A stretch of 46,138 nucleotides of DNA from Minisyncoccota bacterium (GCA_035548655.1 DASZSN010000028.1:1-46138), one strand, 5' to 3'. Shown: positions 1-8,118, counted from the stretch's first letter. Numbers and translations are program-made. The notes: generated from the sequence alone by a model not told the origin.

Positions 1-2
1 CC

Positions 3-2039
3 GACAAGCCGGATGAATTTACCAACAGTACCAATGCATCGATTTCGTTCACCGTTGATGACACCAGCGCAATCGTTGCGTGTGTATTTGATACCGCAAC
101 GGTTGATTGTAGTAGCGGTACGTACTCGACAACGGTAGGCGTCGGACCGCACACATTCACTATCACCGCAACTGACAGTGTCGGCAACACCACTACTGAA
201 GAGATTGACTTCACCGTCGATACCACAGCGCCAACCCTTTCAATCAATAACCAAACAACCAACGACAACACACCGACGATCACTGGTAGTAGTGATGACA
301 GCGCTGATGTATCTGTGACTGTAAATGGAACAACATATACTGCAACTCCTGATGGAAGCAGTGCATGGTCAGTGGAAATAACTGACACACTCGCTGATGA
401 TACCTATGATGTAACTGCTTCATCGACAGATGCCGCCGGAAACGTTGGCACCGCAAGCGGATCCATTACTGTCGACACGACACTGCCGGGAATTACGATT
501 GACCCAGTTGCAGCAAATGCAACAACCATCACCGGTACGACTGATGATGCAACAAACGTCGTTACACTCACTATTGATGGAACGGGTGTTGCCGTAACAG
601 AGGATGATGCCGGAAATTGGTCGGCCACCGTCCCTTCACTTTCTGAAGCAATCCACGATGTCACCGCAACCGCCACCAACACGCTTGGTAGCCATGCTGA
701 TCAAAGTACCAATCTCGTCATCGATACCACCGGACCCACAATCACCCTCAATGGTGACAATCCTGAAGTACTCGAAGTCGGTACCGCATATGTCGAACTC
801 GGTGCAACCGCAACCGATACTGTCGACACTTCAGTCGATGCCATCGCTGATGCATCCGCGGTTGATATGAATCACCTCGGCGATTATCCGGTCACCTATA
901 ACGCAACTGACTTTGTCGGCAACACTGCGGACTCGGTCACTCGTACGGTGAGTGTCGTCGATACGACCAAACCGGTGATCACGCTCAACGGATCAAACCC
1001 GATGTCGGTAGTCATCAATACCGCCTACACGGAACCGGGAGCAACCGTTTCTGATAACTACGACAGCGGACTTTCGGCAACGATCGATGGATCCGTTGAC
1101 ACCAGCACGCTTGGAAGCTATGAAGTCACTTACAATGCAACTGATACTTCCGGCAATATTGCCGACGAAGTAACTCGCACGGTCAACGTCGTCGAAGTTC
1201 CCGATACTACTCCTCCGGTCATCACGCTTAATGGATCGGGGTCAATGACGATTACTCTCAATGGTTCGTTCACTGATCCAGGAGCAACCGCAACCGATGA
1301 CAAAGACGGGTCTGTCGCGGTCACTGTTGGTGGAGACACTGTTGATACGGGAGTCGCCGGCACGTACCACATTACCTATGATGCAGTTGACTCGGCAGGC
1401 AATCACGCATCGCAAGTCGTTCGAACAGTCACCATAAAGAAACCAACATCAGGCGGTGGAGGCGGTGGCGGATCATCAAGTGGAGGCTCTTCGAGTAGTA
1501 CATCAAATACGACAACCACTACGACTCAAACGGGACAAGTGTTAGGTGAATCAACGACTTGTCTGCCCTACTTGTCACAAAATCTTTCACTTGGTGCAAA
1601 AAATGCCGATGTGCAAAAATTGCAATCATTTCTCAACGCGCAACTCGGTCTCTCGCTCTCGGTTGACGGCGCGTACGGACCAAAGACTGCCGCAGCGGTA
1701 AAAGCATTTCAATTGGCACATGCTGACAAGATTGCAACCGCATCAGGGACAGTCGACGAAACAACGCGAGCGCTCATCGACGAACTCTCCTGTGAAGGCG
1801 GCACGCAGGTGCTCGGCGCAGAGAAGTTTATCTTTACACAGACACTTCGAGTCGGTTCAAAAGGAAACGAGGTTACCGAACTCCAAAAGCGCCTCACTCT
1901 CGAAGGAGTCTATAGTGGTCCGATCACCGGATACTTCGGTCCACTTACCAAAGCAGGCGTGATCGCTTACCAAAATAAAAACGGACTCACTCCCGATGGA
2001 GTAGTCGGTCCGATGACTCGAGCGCTTCTCAATCAATAG
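3..2039 (+). CDS. Cell-wall-anchored surface protein, 5' end outside the window. It has bacterial Ig-like domains, three tandem DUF5011/HYR-like Ig repeats, a Gly/Ser/Thr linker and two C-terminal PG_binding_1 domains.
   Basis: Frame 3 is open from nt 3 with no stop before the listed ORF 315..2039, and the upstream translation continues the same DTTAP.../TATDSVGN style. Three modules repeat the pattern DTT.P.ITLNG...Y.E.GATA.D...G.Y.VTY.A.D..GN.A..V.RTV.V. The C-terminus (LQSFLNAQLGLSLSVDGAYGPKTAAAVKAFQ and LQKRLTLEGVYSGPITGYFGPLTKAGVIAYQNKNGLTPDGVVGPMT) fits the peptidoglycan-binding domain consensus. A hairpin terminator follows. Confidence 0.85.
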   Translation, partial: DKPDEFTNSTNASISFTVDDTSAIVACVFDTATVDCSSGTYSTTVGVGPHTFTITATDSVGNTTTEEIDFTVDTTAPTLSINNQTTNDNTPTITGSSDDSADVSVTVNGTTYTATPDGSSAWSVEITDTLADDTYDVTASSTDAAGNVGTASGSITVDTTLPGITIDPVAANATTITGTTDDATNVVTLTIDGTGVAVTEDDAGNWSATVPSLSEAIHDVTATATNTLGSHADQSTNLVIDTTGPTITLNGDNPEVLEVGTAYVELGATATDTVDTSVDAIADASAVDMNHLGDYPVTYNATDFVGNTADSVTRTVSVVDTTKPVITLNGSNPMSVVINTAYTEPGATVSDNYDSGLSATIDGSVDTSTLGSYEVTYNATDTSGNIADEVTRTVNVVEVPDTTPPVITLNGSGSMTITLNGSFTDPGATATDDKDGSVAVTVGGDTVDTGVAGTYHITYDAVDSAGNHASQVVRTVTIKKPTSGGGGGGGSSSGGSSSSTSNTTTTTTQTGQVLGESTTCLPYLSQNLSLGAKNADVQKLQSFLNAQLGLSLSVDGAYGPKTAAAVKAFQLAHADKIATASGTVDETTRALIDELSCEGGTQVLGAEKFIFTQTLRVGSKGNEVTELQKRLTLEGVYSGPITGYFGPLTKAGVIAYQNKNGLTPDGVVGPMTRALLNQ

Positions 2040-2057
2040 AAAGGAGACAACGCCAAA

Positions 2058-2088
2058 CAAAAAACAGCCGAAACTCGGCTGTTTTTTG
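2058..2088. terminator. Bidirectional intrinsic terminator between convergent genes
   Basis: The stem cagccga (2065-2071) pairs with tcggctg (2075-2081) around a 3-nt loop. An A-run lies on the left and tttttt on the right, so the hairpin can serve both the + gene ending at 2039 and the - gene ending at 2109. Confidence 0.7.
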
Positions 2089-2108
2089 TTTGGAGAAATC
2101 GTAAAACG

Positions 2109-2363
2109 TTATGAGAGATGTTTTGAAACGAGCTTGGTCATTTCAAACATCGAAACGGTCGCTTTGCCGCCAAAGACTTTTTTGAGCGCTTCGTCAGCAT
2201 TGATGTTGCGCTTGTTGACCGGATCTTGAAGACCGTTCTTTTTAATGTACACCCAGAGGGCTTTTACCACTTCAGACCGAGGCATCGGTCCCTTGCCAAC
2301 GACCGCGGCGAGATCGGCGCTGATGTTCATTGGCTTCATAAATGCAGAGTTAGCTTTTGGCAT
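2109..2363 (-). CDS. SWIB/MDM2-domain protein (84 aa, stand-alone)
   Basis: The sequence ...SADLAAVVGKGPMPRSEVVKALWVYIKKNGLQDPVNKRNINADEALKKVFGGK..VSMFEMTKLVSKHL matches the SWIB (BAF60b-like) domain signature known from Chlamydiae and other bacteria. Confidence 0.85.
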   Translation of the reverse strand: MPKANSAFMKPMNISADLAAVVGKGPMPRSEVVKALWVYIKKNGLQDPVNKRNINADEALKKVFGGKATVSMFEMTKLVSKHLS

Positions 2364-2445
2364 AGTACGTTTGAATTATTGGTTAATACGTTCATTGCGC
2401 GGACCGCTTCGGTGATACCACCAAAAGGTGAGATCCTTAGCGGTG

Positions 2446-2454
2446 ATTATAGCA
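2446..2454 (-). promoter_or_regulatory. Candidate extended -10 promoter (TGcTATAAT) for the SWIB gene
   Basis: The minus strand reads aaaaTGcTATAATcacc. The -35 is weak. An ~85-nt leader with small hairpins (accg-cttc-ggt, cacc-aaaa-ggtg) follows. Confidence 0.3.
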
Positions 2455-2478
2455 TTTTAAGGGTATTTTTGTACTCCC

Positions 2479-2655
2479 CTAGTTCGACGACCGCACCGTC
2501 ACCACCTTTGAGGTCTTGGTGTTGCCGGAGGTATCGGTAGCGATTGCTTTGAGGGAGTAGTAGTGGCGTTTTGTACTGGGGACTTGCCAGTCACAGGAGT
2601 ACGGAGCGGTGGTGTCGGTACAGACACGAGAGTTGCTCACGTAGAAGTCGACGTG
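2479..2655 (-). pseudogene. Remnant of the C-terminal Ig-like domain of a surface protein (last ~58 codons only)
   Basis: The C-terminal part of ORF 2479..2913 reads VDFYVSNSRVCTDTTAPYSCDWQVPSTKRHYYSLKAIATDTSGNTKTSKVVTV. This is the typical bacterial Ig-like pattern (V.FYV...T..PYS..W......Y.L.A.A.D..GN...S..V.V). The upstream 86 codons are Cys/His-rich nonsense lying antisense to the metzincin gene. Confidence 0.35.
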
Positions 2656-2712
2656 GTCGAATCGTTGACAGCAACATATCGAATGTTTTAGTATTAAACA
2701 AAATATACTTGA

Positions 2713-3396
2713 TTGAAAATGAAAACAAACCCTACAACGATCTTTCTTTTCGCTTTTTTTGCTCTTGGCGGTTGTAAAAAGCGCCGAACAGGAGATACGA
2801 TGCGACCACCTCAGAGGATGGTAACAGTCACTGGAAGAACCGTGATACGGTTGGTGAGCAAGGGAATCACGCTTGATGGCACCGGATGGTACTTCAACCA
2901 TCAGTATTTTCACCCGAGCGGACTTTCCGATGCATCAGTCCTTTACACAAGAGACTCGATGCAGAGGGAAATGATCAGGAGCGGCGTGGACGCTCTCGTT
3001 GTAACTGATGATGATACGCTCGCCTACAAGGCGGCGATACATCGACAGACAGTGGTCTTGACAGCTGACTCTGTCGCCTACATCGACGGTCGTAGCACCG
3101 GAAATGATGGAAGCGGTGGAACGGCGCTCCCGGGATCGTTTTATTACGAACAGGAGACGCCGGTGTTCGTCTGTACCAGATCACTCCGTTACAATGTCGG
3201 CGACATCATCCGCGTCTGTATGCATGAAATCGGGCATAGTGTTGGATTGAAACATACAAAAAACGGAAACAACGACTGGATGTCGAATTCTCCGGATTCG
3301 TATGGAAGAGATGGTTGGTATAGTGAGGGGGTGGAAAATATTGCCGGGGAGTTCGTCAGTGAAGAGGACTCTCTTATCACCGCATTCAACAACTGA
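2713..3396 (+). CDS. Metzincin-type zinc metalloprotease lipoprotein
   Basis: The N-terminal signal has a lipobox (FFALGGC). The HEIGHSVGLKH motif equals HExxHxxGxxH of metzincins/matrixins. A hairpin terminator follows. Confidence 0.8.
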   Translation: MKMKTNPTTIFLFAFFALGGCKKRRTGDTMRPPQRMVTVTGRTVIRLVSKGITLDGTGWYFNHQYFHPSGLSDASVLYTRDSMQREMIRSGVDALVVTDDDTLAYKAAIHRQTVVLTADSVAYIDGRSTGNDGSGGTALPGSFYYEQETPVFVCTRSLRYNVGDIIRVCMHEIGHSVGLKHTKNGNNDWMSNSPDSYGRDGWYSEGVENIAGEFVSEEDSLITAFNN

Positions 3397-3407
3397 CAGT
3401 ACCTAGT

Positions 3408-3436
3408 AGTTGCCTATTCATATAGGCAACTTTTTA
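3408..3436 (+). terminator. Intrinsic terminator of the metzincin gene
   Basis: The stem agttgcctat (3408-3417) pairs with ataggcaact (3422-3431) around the loop tcat, followed by ttttatt. Confidence 0.65.
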
Positions 3437-3589
3437 TTTGAACGCAAAATACATCAATACGATCGTGAGTGCATTGAGTACTACCAGCGCAACTGCTGTT
3501 TGTGATTTCGCCGGAAAAGGATGCATCAAAATATAGATTGTGTAGGTTATGGCAACAATCGCCGCGCCGAGAAAATTTCCTTTTATCAT
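3434..3589 (-). CDS. Possible small membrane protein (51 aa, two hydrophobic segments)
   Basis: This ORF falls below the track cutoff; I read it by hand as MIKGNFLGAAIVAITYTIYILMHPFPAKSQTAVALVVLNALTIVLMYFAFK*. I recognise no homology, and only the hydrophobic pattern supports it. Confidence 0.3.
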   Translation of the reverse strand: MIKGNFLGAAIVAITYTIYILMHPFPAKSQTAVALVVLNALTIVLMYFAFK

Positions 3590-3686
3590 GGATTTTTATC
3601 GTTATAGGTTATGATGGATCAATAAAACAATCGACCTTTGAAGCATAGCACTTTTTGCAGATTCGCAGTTCGCTATGGGGTTTTAA

Positions 3687-3705
3687 TGCGGAGGGTAAGA
3701 GAATC
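3687..3705 (-). repeat. Direct repeat of the 3' end of tRNA-Ser (partner at 3871-3889)
   Basis: tgcggagggtaagagaAtc at 3687-3705 matches tgcggagggtaagagaTtc at 3871-3889, with 18 of 19 positions identical. The second copy is the acceptor/T-stem 3' end of the tRNA gene. Confidence 0.6.
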
Positions 3706-3828
3706 TCACATTGCTTTGCTCGTTGAGAACCACTCGGTTCTCAATGTCATTCGACAAGCTCAGGACTGCTCTCCTCCACAGGGAAACTCCCGTTTCCCCG
3801 ACCCTCTTCCCGTTCGAATCTCTTCATA

Positions 3829-3872
3829 CAACAACAAAACCCCATATCATCTGATATGGGGTTTTGTTGTTG
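3829..3872. terminator. Very long perfect hairpin directly downstream of tRNA-Ser, a probable bidirectional terminator
   Basis: caacaacaaaaccccatatca (3829-3849) is the exact reverse complement of tgatatggggttttgttgttg (3852-3872). On either strand the GGGG core is followed by TTTTGTTGTTG. Confidence 0.55.
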
Positions 3873-3959
3873 CGGAGGGTAAGAGATTCGAACTCTTGAT
3901 GGGGTTTCCCCCATACCACCTTTCCAAGGTGGCGCACTAGACCGCTATGCGAACCCTCC
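3873..3959 (-). tRNA. tRNA-Ser (anticodon GGA), class II with a long variable arm
   Basis: The minus strand reads GGAGGGT-TC-GCA-TAGCGGTCTAG-TGC-G-CCACC-TTGGAAA-GGTGG-TATGGGGGAAACCCCATC-AAGAG-TTCGAAT-CTCTT-ACCCTCC-G. It has a 7-bp acceptor stem, a 3-bp D stem with GG in the loop, the anticodon loop TTGGAAA, an 18-nt variable arm, a TTCGAAT T-loop and discriminator G. CCA is not encoded. Confidence 0.9.
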
Positions 3960-4117
3960 AATAAAAATGGTCACCATATATGGTAACCTATGCTATTTAC
4001 TATGACAGGTATTTTCACCTTTTCGATTAAACCTCCCAAGTGCGTAAACTATCCAAATGAATATTCTCATGGTAACTTTATTTTCAAGGATTCTACTCTT
4101 TTTTTCAGAAACCGCAA

Positions 4118-4699
4118 TCACTTTTTCTTCGCCGCATCCATGATGCTCCAGAGATGCAGTGCGAGATAAGAATGCTCACCTTTGTGTGGAGCAGCGAGTT
4201 CGCGCATGAGTGTTTCGCTCGGTTCTGTGCGCAGTCCATACGCCTTTTGAAATCCCCTTCTGATCGCGAGATCACCTACCGGAAGCACATCGGGACGCCC
4301 AAGCGCAAAGATGAGGAACATGTGGGCTGTCCATACCCCGACACCTTTGACGGCAGTGAGATGCGCGATAATCTCATCGTCGGACATGCGCGGAAATTTT
4401 TTTGGATTGATGGTCCCGTCCAAAAATTTCCGCGCCAAATCTTTGAGGTATCCTGCTTTTTGTGCCGAGATACCCGCAGTGCGAAGTTTGGCAGGAGTGG
4501 CTTTCAGTACATCTTGTGGCGTGGGGAATTTCTTTTTTGGCCATAACATTTTGAACTTCTTTAAAATAGACGCCGCAGCTTTGTTTGAAAGTTGTTGATT
4601 GATGACGGAACGGCACAGTGTAGCGAAATGATCCTTTTTCACTTCGAGTGTGTAAAGCTTTTTCTTATCGATCGAAAGTTTTTTCACTTTTTTCTTCAT
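4118..4699 (-). CDS. DNA-3-methyladenine glycosylase II family (AlkA-like, HhH-GPD)
   Basis: The HhH-GPD signature is LTAVKGVGVWTAHMFLIFALGRPDVLPVGDLAIRRG, with a helix-hairpin-helix, a Gly/Pro loop and the catalytic Asp. The length is typical for the family. Confidence 0.85.
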   Translation of the reverse strand: MKKKVKKLSIDKKKLYTLEVKKDHFATLCRSVINQQLSNKAAASILKKFKMLWPKKKFPTPQDVLKATPAKLRTAGISAQKAGYLKDLARKFLDGTINPKKFPRMSDDEIIAHLTAVKGVGVWTAHMFLIFALGRPDVLPVGDLAIRRGFQKAYGLRTEPSETLMRELAAPHKGEHSYLALHLWSIMDAAKKK

Positions 4700-4791
4700 A
4701 TCGGTTTTATTTTTTCCTTTCTCTTATTCTAATATTCTCAAGAATATCAGAATAAGAAGGACGACACAGGTCTCTCCTAATGAGACAATCG

Positions 4792-5697
4792 CTAGATCGC
4801 CATATCATCGAGTGCTTTGATCCGTTCCGCGACCGGCGGGTGTGTCATGAACAGTCGTGCGATTCCAGCACCGGCCCGCGGACCAAATGGGTTTGCGATA
4901 TACATATGCGCGGTTGCGTTGTTGGCGGTTGCCATCGGACGACCGTATGCGGCGATTTTTTCAAGTGCGCTTGCAAGCCCCTTCGGATAGCGCGTGAGAA
5001 GTGCGCCGGATACATCAGCGAGAAACTCTCGTTTGCGCGAGATCGCAAGCTGGATGAGTTGCGCGATGATCGGCGAGAGGATGATAAAAATGATGCCGAT
5101 AAGCGCGAGGATGTTGACGCCGTTTCCTTCTCCTCGATCGCGAGTGCGGAGTCCCCCACCGAACCACATGCTTCGGGTGAATACATTGGCAAGAATCGCG
5201 ACAAAGCCGACGAGCACCGCCACCATACTTTGCAAGAGGATGTCACGATTACCGATGTGGGATAGTTCATGCGCAAGCACGCCTTGGAGCTCATTGGTGT
5301 CGAGAATCTGCAGAAGTCCTTGCGTAACCGCGACGCTTGCATGCTCGGCATTTCTGCCGGTGGCAAACGCGTTCGGTGCCATATCGGGAATGATGTAGAG
5401 CTTCGGTTTCGGCAACCCCGCAGTAATCGCGAGATTTTCAACAATCTTGTAAAGTTCCGGGTAGTGTGATTCGTCGGCAGGGACCGCGCGGACAAGGGAG
5501 AGCGCGATCTTGTCGCTTCGCCAATACGCAATGATATTCATCACCACCGAGAAAATAATCGCAATCGTGAGAATGCCCGGACTTTGATATTGCACCGCAA
5601 GGAAATACCCGAGCCCAATGACCACCGCCAAAAACAGCCCGACGAGGAGCCACGTCTTTCTGATGTTTTGAGACTGGTGAGTATAGATGGTCGCCAC
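4792..5697 (-). CDS. htpX: M48-family zinc protease HtpX
   Basis: The protein has N-terminal TM helices, the HELSHIGNRD (HExxH) motif, further TM helices and the C-terminal ...THPPVAERI motif typical of HtpX. Confidence 0.92.
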   Translation of the reverse strand: MATIYTHQSQNIRKTWLLVGLFLAVVIGLGYFLAVQYQSPGILTIAIIFSVVMNIIAYWRSDKIALSLVRAVPADESHYPELYKIVENLAITAGLPKPKLYIIPDMAPNAFATGRNAEHASVAVTQGLLQILDTNELQGVLAHELSHIGNRDILLQSMVAVLVGFVAILANVFTRSMWFGGGLRTRDRGEGNGVNILALIGIIFIILSPIIAQLIQLAISRKREFLADVSGALLTRYPKGLASALEKIAAYGRPMATANNATAHMYIANPFGPRAGAGIARLFMTHPPVAERIKALDDMAI

Positions 5698-5706
5698 AGG
5701 TTGAGT

Positions 5707-5919
5707 TTACTGCCGATTGGGCTGATAGTCAGGTCCGTTGGGGTTGAGGTTCGTTTGCGTGTAGCCGGCGGGAGCAGTGGGCTGATTTGAGAGATCTTGC
5801 AGTGTCGATTGCAGATCAGAGATATCGCGTCTGTTTTTAAGCGCTATCACGAGAACAACCACAGAGACTCCAAGCAAGAGGAAAAGAATGATGATGTTGA
5901 TTGTCGAATTTTTTTTCAT
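5707..5919 (-). CDS. Small membrane-anchored hypothetical protein (70 aa)
   Basis: A single N-terminal TM helix (INIIILFLLLGVSVVVLVIAL) is followed by a polar tail. The ORF is tightly packed between the Nudix gene and htpX. Confidence 0.5.
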   Translation of the reverse strand: MKKNSTINIIILFLLLGVSVVVLVIALKNRRDISDLQSTLQDLSNQPTAPAGYTQTNLNPNGPDYQPNRQ

Positions 5920-5923
5920 ACGA

Positions 5924-6400
5924 TTATTTTCTATTTTTTAATATGTTGTCTACCATTTCGATTTCATCCGCGATACCATCGATGAGATCGTAGGTTTTCG
6001 CTTTTTCGGCAGTGACCCATGCAGAGTCGGTGGTATCTTCGTCGTGCATTACATCACCAGAAACATACGGTGCATAATAACTAAGCACGACAACCGGGAT
6101 CCCATCAGGACGAATGAATGCAAGATCGAGGAGGTACTCACACTTGCCTATTTCTACACCAACTTCTTCTTTTATTTCGCGACGAATGCCGTTCTCAAGC
6201 GCATTGTACCACTGCCCCGCCGCAGTCGTCGGCGGCAAGTTGATATAGTCGTCAGTTTCGAGATTTCCCCCTGGTACAGTCCATTTACCCGGAAATGCTT
6301 TTTCGCGCATAGAACGCTTGGTGATGAGATACTGCCCATTATCACGGTAGATGATGACAGTCATGGCGATGCGGTGGAGTTTTTTGTCTTTGATCTCCAT
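5924..6400 (-). CDS. Nudix hydrolase
   Basis: The Nudix box is GKWTVPGGNLETDD...ALENGIRREIKEEVGVEIG (Gx5Ex7REUxEExGU). Confidence 0.85.
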   Translation of the reverse strand: MEIKDKKLHRIAMTVIIYRDNGQYLITKRSMREKAFPGKWTVPGGNLETDDYINLPPTTAAGQWYNALENGIRREIKEEVGVEIGKCEYLLDLAFIRPDGIPVVVLSYYAPYVSGDVMHDEDTTDSAWVTAEKAKTYDLIDGIADEIEMVDNILKNRK

Positions 6401-6407
6401 ATTGAAG

Positions 6408-6956
6408 TCAAAACTTCACTTCGACGGGCTGTTGCGCGGCATCACCATCAGGGAGATCAAAGAATTCTTTTTTCGTGAAGTGGAACATACCGGCAATCAT
6501 GTTTGACGGGAAACTTTGGAGCTTGGTGTTAAAGTCGCGAACGTTGCCGTTATAGAAGCGGCGCGCGGCCTGGATTTTGTTTTCGGTGTCGGAGAGTTCA
6601 TTTTGAAGTGCCAAAAAATTTTGGTTTGCTTTCAAATCAGGATATGCCTCCGCAACAGCAAACAAACTTTTGAGCGCGCCGGAAAGTTCTCCTTCTGCCT
6701 TTGCTTGATCGGTCATATTTCCCGCTCCCATCGCGACGGCGCGAGCGTTGGAGACTTTTTCAAACGCCGTACTTTCGTGCGCGGCATAGCCTTTGACCGT
6801 ATTTACCAAGTTTGGGATGAGATCATAACGGCGTTTGAGCTGGACCTCGATATCAGCCCATGCTTCGTCAACGCGGTTACGCCCCCGCACAAATCCGTTG
6901 TACGCGGCAACAAACCACAACACAATAATCGCAACAATAATCAATATAATCGTCAT
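6408..6956 (-). CDS. lemA: LemA family membrane protein
   Basis: An N-terminal TM helix is followed by YNGFVRGRNRVDEAWADIEVQLKRRYDLIPNLVNTVKGYAAHE..., the canonical LemA signature. Confidence 0.9.
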   Translation of the reverse strand: MTIILIIVAIIVLWFVAAYNGFVRGRNRVDEAWADIEVQLKRRYDLIPNLVNTVKGYAAHESTAFEKVSNARAVAMGAGNMTDQAKAEGELSGALKSLFAVAEAYPDLKANQNFLALQNELSDTENKIQAARRFYNGNVRDFNTKLQSFPSNMIAGMFHFTKKEFFDLPDGDAAQQPVEVKF

Positions 6957-8020
6957 ATAGGGGTATTGTACTCCTGTTGTCCGGTAGAAGCCAACGGCTG
7001 GAGATTCTTGAAAAAGCCGAGTCGTCCAATGAAGAGGAATGAAAAGATGATGACCATCATGAGGATGCCGTACGCCATATGCGTTCGATGGTGTTTTCGA
7101 TATTCGCTTGCCACCACACCGGCAGTCGCAAAAAAGAGCACAATGATGATAATGTCAAAGACGACACCGACAAACGAAGTGCTTTGTAGGAGTGCGCGTT
7201 TGTACCACGGAATGGATGCAGTGGGCGTTGCCTGTACATCTGTCGGCACAAGCGCCGGATCGGTATTTTGCACTTCGGCAAAGGCGGTGGTTTCGGCGAT
7301 GGTGTGGAGCGTATTGCCGGCACTCGTCGTCGACTCACCGGCAACACTGGACGATTCTGTCTTTGGTTGTTCAGTCGTCACCGGTGTTGGTGCATGAGTC
7401 GTCGTTGTCGTTGGGGCGGTAGCGACCGGTGTTGATTTCGGCGCGGTCGTTGCGGGCATGCCAAACATCTCGACGACGAACGTGGTCGTCTTGCCATTGT
7501 AGGTGCCGGTCGCAGTTGCGATCCCGATTTGGGTAAAGTTGGGGCTTAAGATGTTTGCACGGTGTGTCGGCGAGTTGAGCCACGCTTGTTCGACGGTGTT
7601 TGAATCATTGAAATTGATTGCGAGATTTTCTCCGGCATAGATAAAAGTGTAGCCGACCTCCCCAAACCAATGCCATGGAGTAAGTCCTGTGGGAGACGTG
7701 TGTGCGAAGTAGCCGTTCGTTGCCATGTCGTTTGCTTTCAGAGTTGCGGCACGCGTCAACACGTCGCTTACCGAAAGTGGTGTGAGTGAATTTTTCGTTC
7801 GAACATCGTTGGTGAGCGTCGCCACCACCGCCGGAAGCACATCAGCAGAGAGGCCAAAGGTGCCGGTAAATCGGGCAATCTGCGAAAACGAAAAGAGCGC
7901 GACCGAAACGATCAGGAGCGTTCCGATGGACCAGTCGCGCAAGACGCGCGGCAAAAATCCGTTGTGTTTCGTCGGGAGGATATGGTTTGCTATTCCCTGT
8001 GCGATGTTCCGATGAATCAT
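6953..8020 (-). CDS. Membrane protein with an extracytoplasmic CAP/SCP (PR-1-like) domain, a Thr-rich linker and C-terminal TM helices
   Basis: The CAP-domain pattern is ...MATNGYFAHTSPTGLTPWHWF...YAGENLA......VEQAWLNSPTHRANILSPNFTQIGIA. The stop overlaps the lemA start by 4 nt, which suggests an operon. Confidence 0.8.
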   Translation of the reverse strand: MIHRNIAQGIANHILPTKHNGFLPRVLRDWSIGTLLIVSVALFSFSQIARFTGTFGLSADVLPAVVATLTNDVRTKNSLTPLSVSDVLTRAATLKANDMATNGYFAHTSPTGLTPWHWFGEVGYTFIYAGENLAINFNDSNTVEQAWLNSPTHRANILSPNFTQIGIATATGTYNGKTTTFVVEMFGMPATTAPKSTPVATAPTTTTTHAPTPVTTEQPKTESSSVAGESTTSAGNTLHTIAETTAFAEVQNTDPALVPTDVQATPTASIPWYKRALLQSTSFVGVVFDIIIIVLFFATAGVVASEYRKHHRTHMAYGILMMVIIFSFLFIGRLGFFKNLQPLASTGQQEYNTPI

Positions 8021-8118
8021 GAGCTTGATTTTAACACATCAAAATAAAATGTAAATCCTCTGTCAACATCAGTGTGTGATGAAAAAATCCCCCTCGGGGG
8101 ATTTTTTCATCTGTCTTG

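Noticed and set aside
2479-2913. Full 144-aa ORF as a genuine gene
   Set aside because: Its N-terminal 86 codons overlap the metzincin gene and its upstream region in antisense and look non-protein-like. Only the C-terminal Ig-like stump is credible, and I report that as a pseudogene.
3688-3830. Possible second tRNA, tRNA-Sec, SRP RNA or tmRNA fragment next to tRNA-Ser
   Set aside because: I could not fold a cloverleaf on either strand. The T-arm stem does not pair, there is no anticodon arm, and the 7-bp stem with a 4-nt loop is not followed by a UCA anticodon loop. The GGAGGAGAGCAG stretch only loosely resembles the SRP GGAAGCAGC motif and lacks the GNRA loop context. I kept it only as an unexplained structured segment.
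3969-3988. 20-bp near-palindrome ggtcaccatatatggtaacc 10 nt upstream of tRNA-Ser
   Set aside because: It could be an operator or part of the tRNA promoter, but it is a single AT-rich palindrome with one mismatch and no second copy in the window. There is nothing to support a function.
4724-4757. AT-rich imperfect palindrome cttattctaatattctcaagaatatcagaataag between htpX and the glycosylase gene
   Set aside because: It is probably just a weak terminator or spacer hairpin. No T-run follows on the relevant strand and no repeat occurs elsewhere.
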